64,000 bases of DNA from Camelus dromedarius (GCF_036321535.1 NC_087436.1:31002001-31066000); one strand, 5' to 3'. Shown: positions 40,391-53,000, numbered from the stretch's first letter. The notes: generated by a model not told the origin, from the sequence alone. Numbers and translations: made by a program.

Positions 40391-40544
40391 TAAAAAGATC
40401 CTAGGATGAAACACAAGCTGTCCAGGGTTAGGACTCATTCAAAAGTCATTGCGCTGTGAGACATAAGTCATATGTATGTTTTGGCCACTCATGCAATTCA
40501 TAGCATAAAATCTCAAATATTTCTGAATTATATAGTGTACCCAT

Positions 40545-40875
40545 CTGTTAAGCTTTAGCCACAGAAATAGACCCAGTAAGAGATGGTATATATTAAAGGA
40601 ATTATAAATTGTAAGGTAGTAGCCTATTGTGAGGGCTGGTTAGGGGAGTCAAAATCTGCAGGCCATGCTATCAGGAGGGGCAGTTTGGAACTCTCAGGCA
40701 AGTGGTGAAGCTTAGGCCCACAGGTAGAATTTCTTATTATTCAGATGAGAGTCAACTGATTATGAAATTTAATCCCATCTACAAAGTACTATCATGGTAA
40801 CATGTTGATAAGTATTTGATTAAATAACTGGGGACTGTGGCCTGGCTAAGTGGACACATGAAATTGACCATCACA
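40545..40875 (-). mobile_element. ERVL LTR (MLT2D-like), internally deleted
   Basis: Ends with ataactggggactgtggcctggctaagtggacacatgaaattgaccatcaca, the MLT2 terminus. Confidence 0.85.
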
Positions 40876-40879
40876 CCTG

Positions 40880-41210
40880 GCTTCATTAATCAAACTGTCC
40901 CACTCCTTCAAATGTCTTTTCAAGAATTCCTTCTAAGTGATTTTTTTTTCTCTAGTTCCTATACTTAGAATTGTAACATCTCCCACCAAACATTTTTTAG
41001 TCTTCTCATCTGCTTTACTTTGTTTTCTTAGCATGAATTGTTATCTTTCACAATCTGTATTTTACTTAATTTGCTTCCCCCTCCATTAGAATGTAAATAC
41101 CATGAATAATCAGGTATTTTTGTTTTTTTGATCTGTTGTTACAGCCCCAACAACTAGTATGGGATCCTGTATAGAGTGGGCACTCATTAAATATTTGTTA
41201 AATGGATGAG
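40880..41210 (+). mobile_element. L2a 3' end
   Basis: ccattagaatgtaaataccatga...gtgggcactcattaaatatttgttaaatggatga. Confidence 0.75.
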
Positions 41211-41619
41211 CAAAATGAAACTGATAGTGGCCTGATGTCCACAGTAGTTTATATAATGTAAATGTAAACAGAAAATGGTAGTGGGTAAAAAAGGTATAAT
41301 GCTCTAGCATTAAATAATTAAATAACACAGCACAATTTGTAAATTCAAAAGTATTCTGAAAAAGAACACCACTTTTCAACATTTTAAACTGAAAGTGAAC
41401 ATTTCTGTTTACCATTACATTTAGAATTATTTATCTGAAGTCTCCAAATAGAGTGTACTAGTTACATGGAAAGAACACTAAAACTGTATAATATTCTGAG
41501 AAGATAATCTTTTTACTTCAAAGTGCATTATTTTATTTACATTATATCTCAAATAATATTTCAAGAAAATAGCAATACTGAATTAAATATTAAAATCTCA
41601 CAAAATACTTACCTATACT

Positions 41620-42635
41620 ACCAGACTTTAAACTATACACATGATTTGGCTCATCACTTCCACTTTTAAATCTCTCTCCTATAAAGATAATTTCAAAATT
41701 TACAAAGAGAGTTGTAGAAAGATGTGCATCACAACACTGATTACAAAGGCAAAAATAATAACCTCAATGTTTATCAGAAGAAGATTGGTTAAATAAAATA
41801 ATGTACATTCATGTTACGAAATACTATACAAAGGGTTAAAAGAAAGAGGCAAAATCATTTTTGGTAACTATTTTTCAAGTACATTAAGTAAAAAGTAAGG
41901 ATGCAAAAGAGCATATGTATTATGAGCCCTGCATATTAACAAAGATAAATGTGTATTTTTAAGTATGCTTGAATATTAAGAAAGAATTGTGGGAAAAAAT
42001 ACAAACAAATTAAGTGTTAATAGTGTTTATCTCTAAAGTGGGATACAAGGTGAGAGCACACTTTTACTATTCTTTTTTTTTCTTAATATTTCAATACTGA
42101 CTTTTTCCAAAGTGCATTTATTATTTTATGATTAAAAACTAGGTTACAATAAATAAATAAAATATGCATATGCTTTGACACAGCAATTTTGTTTCTAGTA
42201 ATTTATTCCAAAGAAACAATTAAGGATGTGCATAAAGATTTATATATATAATGCTCATTGTAGCATTGTTTATTACAACAAAAATGGAAAATAGCCAATT
42301 CTGCAATATAAATATGGTTAAATAAATTACACTATATCCATTTTATGAATATCATGTATTCATTAAAATGATGCTGTGGAAGTTTTCTCCTAACATGATG
42401 TATCACCCTTTATTAACAAGTTTTTTTTTTTTAATATGGAGCTGTTACAAAATAGTAAGTATAGTAGGCTTACATTTTGATTAAATTTATACATATTTTA
42501 CAGAAGTCTGTATGTCAAATTCTTAACTAATTGCCTCTGTTTAGTTGGTTTGTGAATGATTTTATGTTCTTCTTTGTGTATTTTATGTAATTTTTAAAAT
42601 TTCTGCAATAGTGTGCATTACTTTTAGAGCCAGAA
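41620..42635 (+). mobile_element. Two old L1ME 3' fragments in tandem (about 41620-42140 and 42160-42635)
   Basis: Twice: ...gattggttaaataaa..., atatgctttgacacagcaattttgtttctagtaatttattccaaagaaacaat, and L1ME-type 3' ends (aatttctgcaatagtgtgcattactttta). Confidence 0.7.
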
Positions 42636-42974
42636 AATGTTACAAGGAACAATTACCATCATATTTTATAAATACGAGAGATTTTCCTGCATGAGAAAAT
42701 AAAAGGTTAATAAGTTTCAGTATAAAGTTTACAAATATTTTCCACCTGGTCCAGATTTTATTGGTGCCACCAAAAAAGGTAATTTACTACCCTGAAACAG
42801 AGGAGGAAGAAGCCAAATTAAGCATCTGTCAAGATAAAGTTGAATAAAATCAAGTTCAATGGAGAAAGGCTGAGAAATCAAGACTGAATGAAGGCAAATA
42901 TCTACTTTAAAAATATATAGTAATGATCTAGTAAAAACTAATTATTTTTACTTTTATTATTGTTCAATAAAAAA

Positions 42975-43200
42975 TTTAACAATTACCATTTACCAAATGC
43001 TGGCTATATGATTTTTATGTAACCCTTACAACAGTCCTATAAAGTTGACCTTAATACACAGTTTTGGGAATAATTTATAGATACTGAATTGGGATATCAA
43101 AAAGGGTTTAAAAATTGCTCAAATATATGCAGCTAGTAAACAATACAGCTGGAATACAGACTTCTTTGAACCCAAATTCAATATTCTTTCTTTCATCTAC
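42975..43200 (-). mobile_element. MIR SINE
   Basis: aacccttacaacagtcctata...ttgctcaaatatatgcagctagtaaa. Confidence 0.55.
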
Positions 43201-45582
43201 TAGCCTATGAAGGTACTTTACCACCTGTATTAAATAAACCTGATGTCCAGATATGCTCTAGACATCGGGACACTTGAAGGAATCAATTCAGGTAGTAGAT
43301 ATATGCCAAGGAAAACTGGGATTATAAACCAAGGGCAATTATAGAAGAAAACAGAATTAGAGGGAAAACTTCATTTCAGTAGTGAGAGGAGTTTAGGCAA
43401 AACTAGTAAAGACTGACTAAGGAATAGTTCTGAGTCTTTGTAGACTGATCTACTTTATCCCCTTTCTTCTAGGATGAAAATTTTGAGAACAGCAATCAAG
43501 GACTTGTTTGGGGCACATTAATTAGTTACCAATTTCAGCCCTTTCTCGCTCACAGGAGAGCAATAGTGAGGAGAATAGAAAAGGTATGCCATGGAGATCC
43601 TCTGTTTTTCAGCTCACGAGAATTTGGTGGACACTCAGAAGAGTCCAATGACAGCGTGAGTGGCATCTTGACAAAGGCAGCAGTAGAGCTGATGAAGGCT
43701 ACAGTATTGGAATCAGCTCTGGTGCTGGCGCAGCAGTACTCAGGAAATATCTGGGCTGGGCAATAGGGCAGGAAAAGCACCAGAAGAGGCTCACTGGTTG
43801 CATGAATGGCTGTCTTTGACAGGACACTAGGGAAAAAGACCATCATCGTAAGTAGAGCAAAATAGGGAAGGGAATAGCCTAGAGGATGAGTCCATCCACT
43901 AAGTCTTAAAGTAAATTCCTTCACCCTCAAAAAGGAATTAAAACCATGAGAGTTGTGCTAGAACTGTCCAAAGGCCACAAAGCAGCTTGGAAAATGTGAG
44001 AACATAGACTAGTATCTTTTTTCTATAAGAAAATAAAATACCATAGATTTTTATTACTTTGTAATATGTAATTAAAGCTATGAGCAGATTATCATAATCA
44101 AATGATCTGTCCCCTTGTTGTTTAGCTAACCTGTGTGCATGACTATGTTTAGTCATGTTGAAATTTCATAATTTTGTATATTTTTAGAATCTTCTGTGGA
44201 TGTTTTCTCCCTAGTAACTGTGACATGAAGTTCACAATGAAATGTGAATTCTTGGTCAAAACAAATGTCAAACATCTCTCCTCTTTTTACCAGTGCAATT
44301 ATTTGGTTCCTAAACTTGACCAAAAGGCTATTTTAAATTCTGTCTTTTGCTTCTTCTGTTCTTTCCCACTACTCTCTCTTCCCATCCTTGAGTCAGATTT
44401 CTCAGGAAAAATCAAAAAAGAATCATCAGTGTCCTAGAGTTGAAAGTGAAAAAAACTACACAGCATTAACAACAATGACTCCTAACTATGTAAAAACATA
44501 TGTGGGAGAAAGGGGGTAAAAAGTAATCATATTGTATCTGTCTTTTTTATTTTTACCTCAATGATTTTATTTTAAAAATTGTTATTAAAATCACTCCAGC
44601 TCATTGCCATTAACTCTACTTCATAGTTCAATGGTATAATTCTCCCAGTTACATTACACAATGCCAAAAGATTTTTCAAAGTGGTCTTTTAATTACAATT
44701 GCAAGCTGATACAGATGGAATTTTAGAGTTATGCAGAACTCCTTACACTTCTGTTATTATAAGTCACTCAGGGATACAGTTAGACATAGTCCCATTTCCC
44801 CCATGGGTGATAACTCTTCCTCCACATATGTATTCTGGTGAACCCATTTAAACCCAACACTCAACATGCAGAACTGCTGAACAAAATGGAACTTTAAAGG
44901 CACATTTGTGGCATCAAAACTCATTCTAATCTTTATAATGTTAATAAATTGCCTTGTTTATAATCAAGGCTGACCTTCAAAATCCAGGAGGTTGCTTGAC
45001 TGCTCAAGCTTTGGTTAGTTTCTGATGGTTGTTGACCTGATCAGTTGTCAATAGATACAGAAAGCTACAGACTGATTTTTTTTTTTTTTTCTTTAGCAGG
45101 AATCACACATGTCTGTCAAGTTAGGTCAGGTAAAGAAAGTATGGAGATTAAATAGGAAACTATTTAATGAAGTCTTTGATTTCCATTGAAAACTCAGCAG
45201 CTAGTGTCAATATTTTAATTCAAAATGAGAAGGGTAAGTATACTTAAGCTATTACACATGAACAGGACTCAACTGTATCTCCTATGCTAATTTGGTAACG
45301 AATGTAAGATATTTTCTGTAGTGCAAAGGGCCAAACAACACCTGAAGATTTTATTCATTCAACAAGCATATATTGACCACTTACTAGGTATTGACCATAC
45401 AGAGATGACAATGACATGATCCTAAATATATGTTGCTCATATTGTTTCAGCTTTCAATGTTTCACATTATTTGAGGTTTAAACTCTAACAGTTAGTGTAC
45501 TTACAGAACTAATCAAGTGAAAAATAAAGCAGTGGGTTTAGCCAGAACTTTGTAATAAAGGCACCAGAGTAGAATAGTTGTT

Positions 45583-46707
45583 TCAGTAGATATGTCTTCC
45601 CCTAAATTCACTCATTACTTGTACTGAGTGGATTTTTTTCTTTGCTGAGCCTTGTCGCAGAAATATCCCGTGGCTTCTCTCTTTTAATCAAGGATTTTTT
45701 TTGCAAGGTTCTTCATTCTCCTCATCACAACCGGGTGCCAGGGCCTAGCAGGACTTGAATTCTGATGACTCCAATTGAGGCCACATAAGACATTTTCATA
45801 GATTGCACTAGAGCATTCATTAAGTTTTTAGCTGCTTGGATGAGGGAAGTGATGCTGTCCAAAGTTGAAATGATTAGCTCTCCTACCCACATTTTGGATC
45901 TTAGCTTAACTTGACTACAGGTTTTCAGTTGATGAGAGTAGAACTTAATCTGTTCCAGCAGTCCAACAAGACCTGGTTACATGATAGGTCTAGACATGTG
46001 CCAAGTGAGGACATATGTCTTTGATACTTATTCTGATGTAATTTTAGCTGCATAGATCACATCAGTCATATGCTGTGGTGGTCCTTTGCCCGTTGTGAAG
46101 TCTGCCATCTCTATCATGATCATACACATCTTCTTGGCCAGAACAATGATATTGTTGCTTATATCATCCATATCTCAATCTCTGCACCCAGCTTACTCTT
46201 TACTTTCTTGAAATCAGCCACTTGCTCAGCACTGTTCTTCTTTTTCTGCCTCAGGTGTTTGAGTCATCTTACCTGTCAGTTTTCCCTCCAGTCTGAATGC
46301 TGTTGTGACAGTGGACCTAGCGATCTTCTTCCAGGTTAGAAACATCTTCCAGTTCCTCTGGGGTTCAAATTACCAAGACTGAACATCTGATATCATGAAA
46401 TGTATCATAGATCTACTTTGAGATATCCACAAATGGATTAGCATCAAACACACCCAGAGTTTTTACTTAAGGTTTCCAAGGCAAAATTCACCTTTGTTAC
46501 ACACTCAAGAATTACAGTACTTATAAGGATGTTAATATTTCTCATCACACCTTCAGTAAAAGTCCCTGGCTCCTAACTGTCCATTTCACCTATGACAATG
46601 TGAACTCTTGCTGCCCATACTCTGATAGCACCTGCAGAATGATCTAAATTACCAGCACCCTGATCTCTCAATGATACATTTGTTAACATCATCAAGGATA
46701 TGGCTCT
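45583..46707 (-). pseudogene. CTNNA3: Processed pseudogene of alpha-T-catenin (catenin alpha-3), C-terminal coding region, with many stops and frameshifts
   Basis: Manual minus-strand translation gives SHILDDVNKCI, LRDQGAGNLDHSAGAIRVWAARV, TPEELEDVSNLEE, EQVADFKKVKSKLGAEIEIW, NNIIVLAKKMCMIMIEMADFTTGKGP, LDSITSLIQAAKNLMNALV and AKKKIHSVQVMSEFRGRHIY* (stop at 45583-45585). The ...SEFRGR.IY C-terminus is CTNNA3-type, whereas CTNNA1/2 end SEFKAMDS(I/F). The sequence is contiguous across several exon junctions. Confidence 0.96.
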
Positions 46708-46721
46708 GAGATTTAACTTTT

Positions 46722-46859
46722 GTAACTCAGGAATAGCCAGATAAAAGAGATGCATGGGGCATGGGGCAAGGTATGAGAAAAGGGTGCAGAGCTTCTATGC
46801 CCCCTCCGGGTGCACCATTCTTCCCAGTTCTCCACGTGTTCACCATGAGGAAGCTCTGA
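46722..46859 (-). mobile_element. MER21/LTR39-like LTR segment (transcribed, R-region-like part only), same sense as the CTNNA3 retrocopy
   Basis: Minus strand agagcttcctcatggtgaacacgtggagaactgggaagaatggtgcacccggagggggcatagaagctctgcaccc...cataccttgccc...atgcatctctt..atctggctattcctgagtt matches the recalled MER21 consensus. No U3 part and no LTR 3' end are present. Confidence 0.8.
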
Positions 46860-46949
46860 TATATCTGTCTCAACATAATGAATTCCTAAGCACCAGCAAG
46901 CAATACTATGCAGTTACCTTTCAGGAACAGTAGTGACAGAGGTATGTAT

Positions 46950-47805
46950 TTTAGATTCATGGGGGCAGAGATAGAATTTAAAACCCTAGGAAAGGATTAG
47001 ATCACCAAGGGAGCAAGTATAGAAGAGAAAAGTCCATGACAGAGTGCTCAAGACCTAGCAAAGAAGATTGAAGACCAACAGCCAGCAAGAGACAAGAAGA
47101 ATTAAGAGAAAGGGAAGATAATTGTTTCAAGGAGGAGAGACTAATTTAGTAACAAGGGCAAATGCTGTTGATGGATAAAATAAGATGAAGAGTGAGAACT
47201 GGCCATCGCTTTTAGTGATACAAAGATTACTGGTGACCTTGATGAAATTCCAGACTCATGTGGGGGAAAAAAAAACAGACTGGAAGGTCCCCAAGAGAAT
47301 GGAAGAGAAAAGATTAGAAAACTCTTTTGAGGAACTTTACTGTCAATTGCAGGAAATAAATAGGGTATTAGCTGGAGATAGAAGTGTAATCAAGCAAGGG
47401 TTCTTTTCAAATAGAAGAAATAGTAGGACATTTGTATACTAATGGTAATTATTCAATAGAGAAAGAAATCTGAGCATGAGATGAACAAAGAGATAACTGT
47501 AATTCAGTAGACAAGAAAAGCCAATATCCAGCATGCAAGAGTAGTACTCAGTGTTAATCAGAAGCACAGACAGCTCCTCTGCAGTATCAAAAGAAAGGTA
47601 GAGGATATAGATAGGCAAGTGTGTAGCTATCATGGTGGAAGTTCTCTTCTGACAGCTTTCATTTTCTTAGTGAATTCCAAGATAAAAATATGAGATTAAG
47701 GATAAGGAAGAAAGTATTGGAAGAATGGAGGAGAATAAGACATGAAATAGATATTTAGGATAGTTGGAAGGGACGTGACTGGGGAAATACAGAGTGATTA
47801 CTGCA
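46950..47805 (-). mobile_element. L2a internal fragment
   Basis: ggattagatcaccaagggagcaagtatagaagag; aaatgctgttgatggataaaataagatgaagagtgagaactggccatcgcttttagtg; aactcttttgaggaactttactgt. Confidence 0.85.
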
Positions 47806-47809
47806 AAGC

Positions 47810-48000
47810 TTTATCATTATTAACTTGTAATATGTTTACTGTTTTCATTTTAAATTATTCCATCTATTTTACAATTTCTGTTTTAATTTCTAAATATAGT
47901 AAATATGACTACAACCTATATTAATGCAAACATGCTTGGACATTCAGTGATCTTTAGGAGTATACAGTGGTCCCTAGACCAAATGTTTGAGAAATGTTGG
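47810..48000 (+). mobile_element. hAT-Charlie DNA transposon end (Charlie4-like)
   Basis: atctttaggagtatacagtggtccctagaccaaatgtttgagaaatgttg terminus. Confidence 0.55.
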
Positions 48001-48214
48001 TACATATGAAAGAATTTGGGCTTCTTCTCTAAGGACAGGGTGAGGAGGAACCAGTCACTGGAATTAATTGAAAATTAGAGAACATGACCAGAGTTTAGAG
48101 CTTTGTCATATTTACCTGCTATATTTCACTGAAAAATCTATTTGCCCATTTAACTTTTATAGACAGTTTTTATTCTATGTTAAAGAGCATACAACATCTG
48201 TATATTAGGCACTT

Positions 48215-48675
48215 CTGATATCCCAACTCTTGGCCCTTCTTAGTCCATCCACTGATGTTGTCACCAGCCCTGCAATGCTTTCACTATTTTGCCTGTTGGC
48301 CATAGCTGTGACTCAAGCCTGCATCACCTACATCACCCTTCCCTCCTGGGCTTCTCTGAGCCACAGTGTGGGAAGCCCACAGGAATGTACTTTGCTCTCA
48401 TACATGTGCCCCACCCAGAAAAGTATGGCACCATCATTGAACAATGAATGATGAGGATCAATAAATAAATATTTCCCCCTTTTTTTGCACCTGAGTGGAA
48501 ACTTCATAAGGCTTCTCACAAAACGCCAAAGGAATCTCTTCAAACCTCTCGATAACCCATCTTTGTTTGGCTTTTACTTCCTGTCTATTCCTTTCTTCTA
48601 CTTCCTGGATGCTGTCTGCAAATAAAAACAAGTCTGCTTCAGTTTTTGCTTTAGGGGAAACCCAAAACTAAGATA
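48215..48675 (+). mobile_element. ERVL LTR16-family solo LTR
   Basis: caaataaa poly(A) signal and terminal ttttgctttaggggaaacccaaaactaagata. Confidence 0.7.
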
Positions 48676-49699
48676 GTATTCAACTAAATTTTCTGCCTAA
48701 AAATCCAAGTATTTTCCTGTCAAACTAATCCAAATCCAATCTGTTTCCTGTTAGTGAAAAATAACAAGTGCCATAGAAAGTATATATTTGTAGAGCAAGA
48801 GATACAAACGTGAAATGCATCTTTGACAAATAAACACTCCCATATACATTTTTGCTTCCATGTCTTAAATGAATACCAAATAATACATTGATAGTATATT
48901 CTCCAGCTATAAAATGGATCCTTGGTTAAACTAAGCTTCTACTGGGTACCAGAAAAAAATTATAACAAAAGAAAAAGTAATAGTACTCAATGAACCAGAA
49001 AAATAAAATCTCTTAAGCTTTTAAGATACATCTCCACAATAAGACTGAAGAATAATGGTCAGTGATCTAATTTAACATTTCTCAGTGCCTTAGAATCCTG
49101 CATACTTTTTCTGTTTTTAGCAGAAGCATTTCTCCTATGAATTCAATTTCATGCCACCCCACTAATACCATGTAGTGACATCTCATAGGTCATTATTAAC
49201 TTCCAGAATCTCCTCTGGCAGAAAGCTCTCTTCTCAGGATTTCCACTCAAGGTTTTGGCCCTATGTGAGTATGCTGAGCATACTTAAAAGAAACCAACCT
49301 ATCCCAGTTGTATTAATAACTCACAGACTATGACCTTCTCATTTAACACATCCTGCTGAGCAGTTATTAAATAACCATAGAGGGAAGTTTGATGCCCTCT
49401 TGTTAACCTACCTCACTCATATTGTTGGCCTTGTGGTCAAGACTGATATAAGTTTAAATATAATCTCTGTTTCCTCAAGAATTATTATTCCATTTGTTTG
49501 CTCTACTTGTTTATTACATACAAATCTGACTACCTGTTGCTTGAAATATGCAATTTGGGGAAACATAATAGAAAATAAGCCTCAAATTTGTCATTTCTGC
49601 AAATGTCAAGTTTCCTTTTAGTATAGATTTTGTAGATTCTCTGGTAAATTTCAAACTATCATAAGAAATAGCTCAAATAACATTTCCTCTTTACAAGAT

Positions 49700-50000
49700 G
49701 ACTTGACTTTATGTACCGTACAAGCACAGGTAGATTTTAATACCTCTGTTTTCCTCTTTAACATACTAAGTTGTATCACATTTTATTATATGTACTGATT
49801 AACACATTTGTCTGTCCCTTTAAGCACTTTGGAGTCAGACCCCACGCCATATACACTTTTGCATGGTCATTGTAGAGCTTGGTGCCTCACACAAAGAAAA
49901 TTGTTAAAAAAAAATACATAAATGAATGTATAAACGAATGGATGAAAGAATACATTAATCAATAAGTGAATGAATACATGAATGAAAGAACAAATAAACA
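49700..50000 (+). mobile_element. L2 3' end with an expanded (AATG)n-like tail
   Basis: gagcttggtgcctcacacaaag... followed by aaatgaatgtataaacgaatggatgaaagaat...gtgaatgaatacatgaatgaaag. Confidence 0.6.
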
Positions 50001-53000
50001 AATTATTGAGACAAGTAGGATCAATAGATTACCAGGGTCAGAATTCCAGAAGCATAATAGAAAAGTCCAGACCAATTAAGGGAGGTTTTTTTTTTCTTAC
50101 ATTTTCCATTTCAGTATTTAAATTGTTCCTGATTTAGTGGAAATGAAAAGAGACTTTTCACTGAATTAATTTTTCTATTTTAATGTTCTTTCTGACTTTA
50201 ATTAAATAACCTCCGTAAGCTTGTCTTTTGCCTTCATTTTTCTCTTCTCAGAAGTGAAGCAGTGAATGCTCAACTCACAGGCTTCACAAAGATTTCACAG
50301 CTCTATTTTTAATGCTTGCAGTAGAGTTGGAGACATACGTTAAGAATTTTTTTAAGTCTTATTATTATTAACTCCAACAAACTGTTACAGAGAAAGGATT
50401 GTTCTGATCAGAATTATACTAATTACTTTTATATAATCAGGGATTTGCCATCACCACAGCTTTGTGTGCTCTTACAACTTGTCATTCTCTGCTCGATGCT
50501 AAATCCGTACCTCTGTGCGTTTACGCCTTGAGCAGCGGTCAATTCTGCTCTAGACACCAAGGTTTAGAGATTCAGAAGTAGGCATATACAAGATAACAGC
50601 AGAATTATAGTTTCTTGTTTAAAATTACTATTTAGAAGTAGTACACAGTTTTATTCACTGGTCTTTCTTTTGCTTTTTTTCTTTGTTTGTTCCCTGGTAA
50701 ATCAGTTACTCTGGATGTTGCTGGAGTGAGACATGGCAAACCACCTGACAGCTTTGGTAGAGTTTATTTTTTTGTAATTGGACTTAAGAATTTGCTTTTG
50801 GCCTTTTGTCTGGAACTATTTCACTTTCCTAGAGTTTTAGAAATCATCAATCTTATATATATCACTTGGGTAGCCAGCTTGACAGTTTTGATGGGCCATT
50901 ATTGTAGTTTAAATTTCATTTTTGGAAGATTTCATTTGACATTTCAGATTTATTATGCTACCTTGAAAGCTGGCGTTCCAGAGGGCTCTGCCTTTGATCT
51001 CAGGTCATCATTAGTTAATGCCAATGATCCACAGCATCCCCCTTGTGTGAATGTGAACTCAAAACACTTGTGAAGTACCATTTCATTGTGGCTCTTTTTT
51101 CATTAGTACTTATATTGGACAGTTTGAGAGCAATCTATACATATTATAGAGACTCTCCCAACATAATTTCATTAACTATTAAGATGAATAATAGAAATTA
51201 CAGTTGTGTTTGATTAAGGATAAATAATAAACTTGTGATTAAGTGATATTTCCTTTTCATAAAAACTGAGAGGAGGAAAAGGAAAGGCAGATTCCAGACT
51301 CCCTGGTTTCATTTCTTTCCTCTTTTGCTGGCACTGAAAAGAATTTCTGTAGCTGCATTAAACTAATACAGAGTGTGACTATAATTAATACTATTATTAA
51401 AAAAGGGCATTTATAGGTTTACTTTGCTTTCAGCAAATCTATAAAGAATATATTAAAGAAAAATGAGGCAAATAGTCATTTTAATGGGGTATTCAAATAG
51501 CATTTCTGTGAAAAGAATTCTGCTTTAATGTTTTGAAAATATCAAGTGGCTCACAAAAATATTTATACACTTAACAATTCTAGAAGGCATTGCATATATT
51601 ATAAAACATATACTAATAATGTAAGTTATTATTAGGAAATAATTTTTCATATTTATTTATTTATAAGCAATAAAAAGTAATCTTAATTGTGGTGACATAT
51701 TCTGGCAGTTAGAAATAATTATTCCTTAATTTTCCTTATTCTTTCACTCATGAAACTCTGAATTCCCTTAATAAATAGGAATAACATGGATGGAGCAGAC
51801 TGGGTAGGAGGATGTTTTCCCAGAAATACTTGATTCAATGCTATAGCATTGTGGTTTTCTTGTGATTATTTTCTAGGTACTAGGTATCTTGTTTATTCTC
51901 TTCAAATAACTTGAAATCACAACATACCTCTGGTATTTCTTTCATCTACTATGTAAATAATTGTTATTCTCTTCACCAATCTATAATGATGCTTATAATT
52001 CCCTTTGTAATGCCAACTGATCACCATCAAACACGCATCGACCACTGCATTTCATCCTCAGTAGATACACTGTCTCAAGTTACTTTAACCTCAGTCACAC
52101 CTTTTCTGTGTATCTTTGGACAGATTTGCACTATCAAATCTACATCTTATTTTATTTTTTGATGTGTTGTCATTTTGGGTCAGGGATGGTTTTCAGAGAA
52201 TAAAATAAATGGCAGAGAGCTGCAATGGGAAAATAATGCAGCAGACAATACCCTCTGCTCAGTGTCCAGAAGAGTGCCATTTGGCTGAGAGCATTTGCAG
52301 CACTGTACTCTAACGCCCACTGGCCAGATACTGTTGGCCTGCTGCACCTGCTCCTCTGGCCTGAGAATGTGTGATAACATTCAACACATGCATGGGAAGT
52401 GTGTATGGTGCTGGGGGGGTGTGGGTGTCTGTGTCTCTGTATGTATATACACACATGAATGTTAACAGTGTACCATTATATATATGTTTATATGTCTAAA
52501 ATCATGTTTTTATTTTTTTATTGTACATAAAAATAGCAAATCAGAGATGTATGAATTGAAGTTAATCTAGTTATGTATAATACCCAATAAGTCTGCAGAC
52601 CCCAAAGGAATTGAAATGGTAAGAAAATAGCACATCTCTTTCCCTCCGTCTGTTCACAAATACAATTTTTATGTGCTAATTAACTACTGAGGGTCTATAT
52701 TTCCTTTGTTTCCTTTTGATCACATGAACTGAAAAGGCGATTTTCAGAAATATATTGATAGTAACAGAATCCCATTACAACAAAAGAGTATGTGTGACCA
52801 TGTGAGATTGGTTTTGAAGAATTTCATCTCCATTGTTGTCAAAATCACCTTTAGGTATAATCAGCTTTAGGTATAAAAGTAGATTTAGAAAATCCAATCA
52901 GTAATATACATTAGAGGAATTACTTATAGGTGTCATAATGATGATGTACATTACTGTTTCAATTAACTTCAGAGAAATAAAGTTTGACTGTAAGCAATAT

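Larger units (their letters stand above)
44544..46859 (-). pseudogene. CTNNA3: Putative complete retrocopy unit: LTR-derived leader, CTNNA3 C-terminal CDS, about 1 kb of 3'UTR and a decayed poly(A)
   Basis: Minus-strand AATAAA (plus tttatt, 44566-44571) lies 11 nt before a decayed A tract (plus 44543-44554). Flanking direct repeats tgtatctgtct (44533-44543) and tatatctgtct (46860-46870) match at 10/11. The outer boundaries are inferred from these signals. Confidence 0.6.

Noticed and set aside
43550..43930. GC-richer segment with overlapping ORFs and splice-like sites
   Set aside because: No recognisable peptide in any frame; probably an ancient repeat remnant or noncoding DNA.
45076..45090. 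T15 run as the poly(A) tail of the CTNNA3 retrocopy
   Set aside because: No poly(A) signal within 30 nt and no matching TSD. The site at about 44543 has both, though this alternative is not fully excluded.
46070..46339. 89-aa plus-strand ORF
   Set aside because: Antisense shadow of the CTNNA3 pseudogene.
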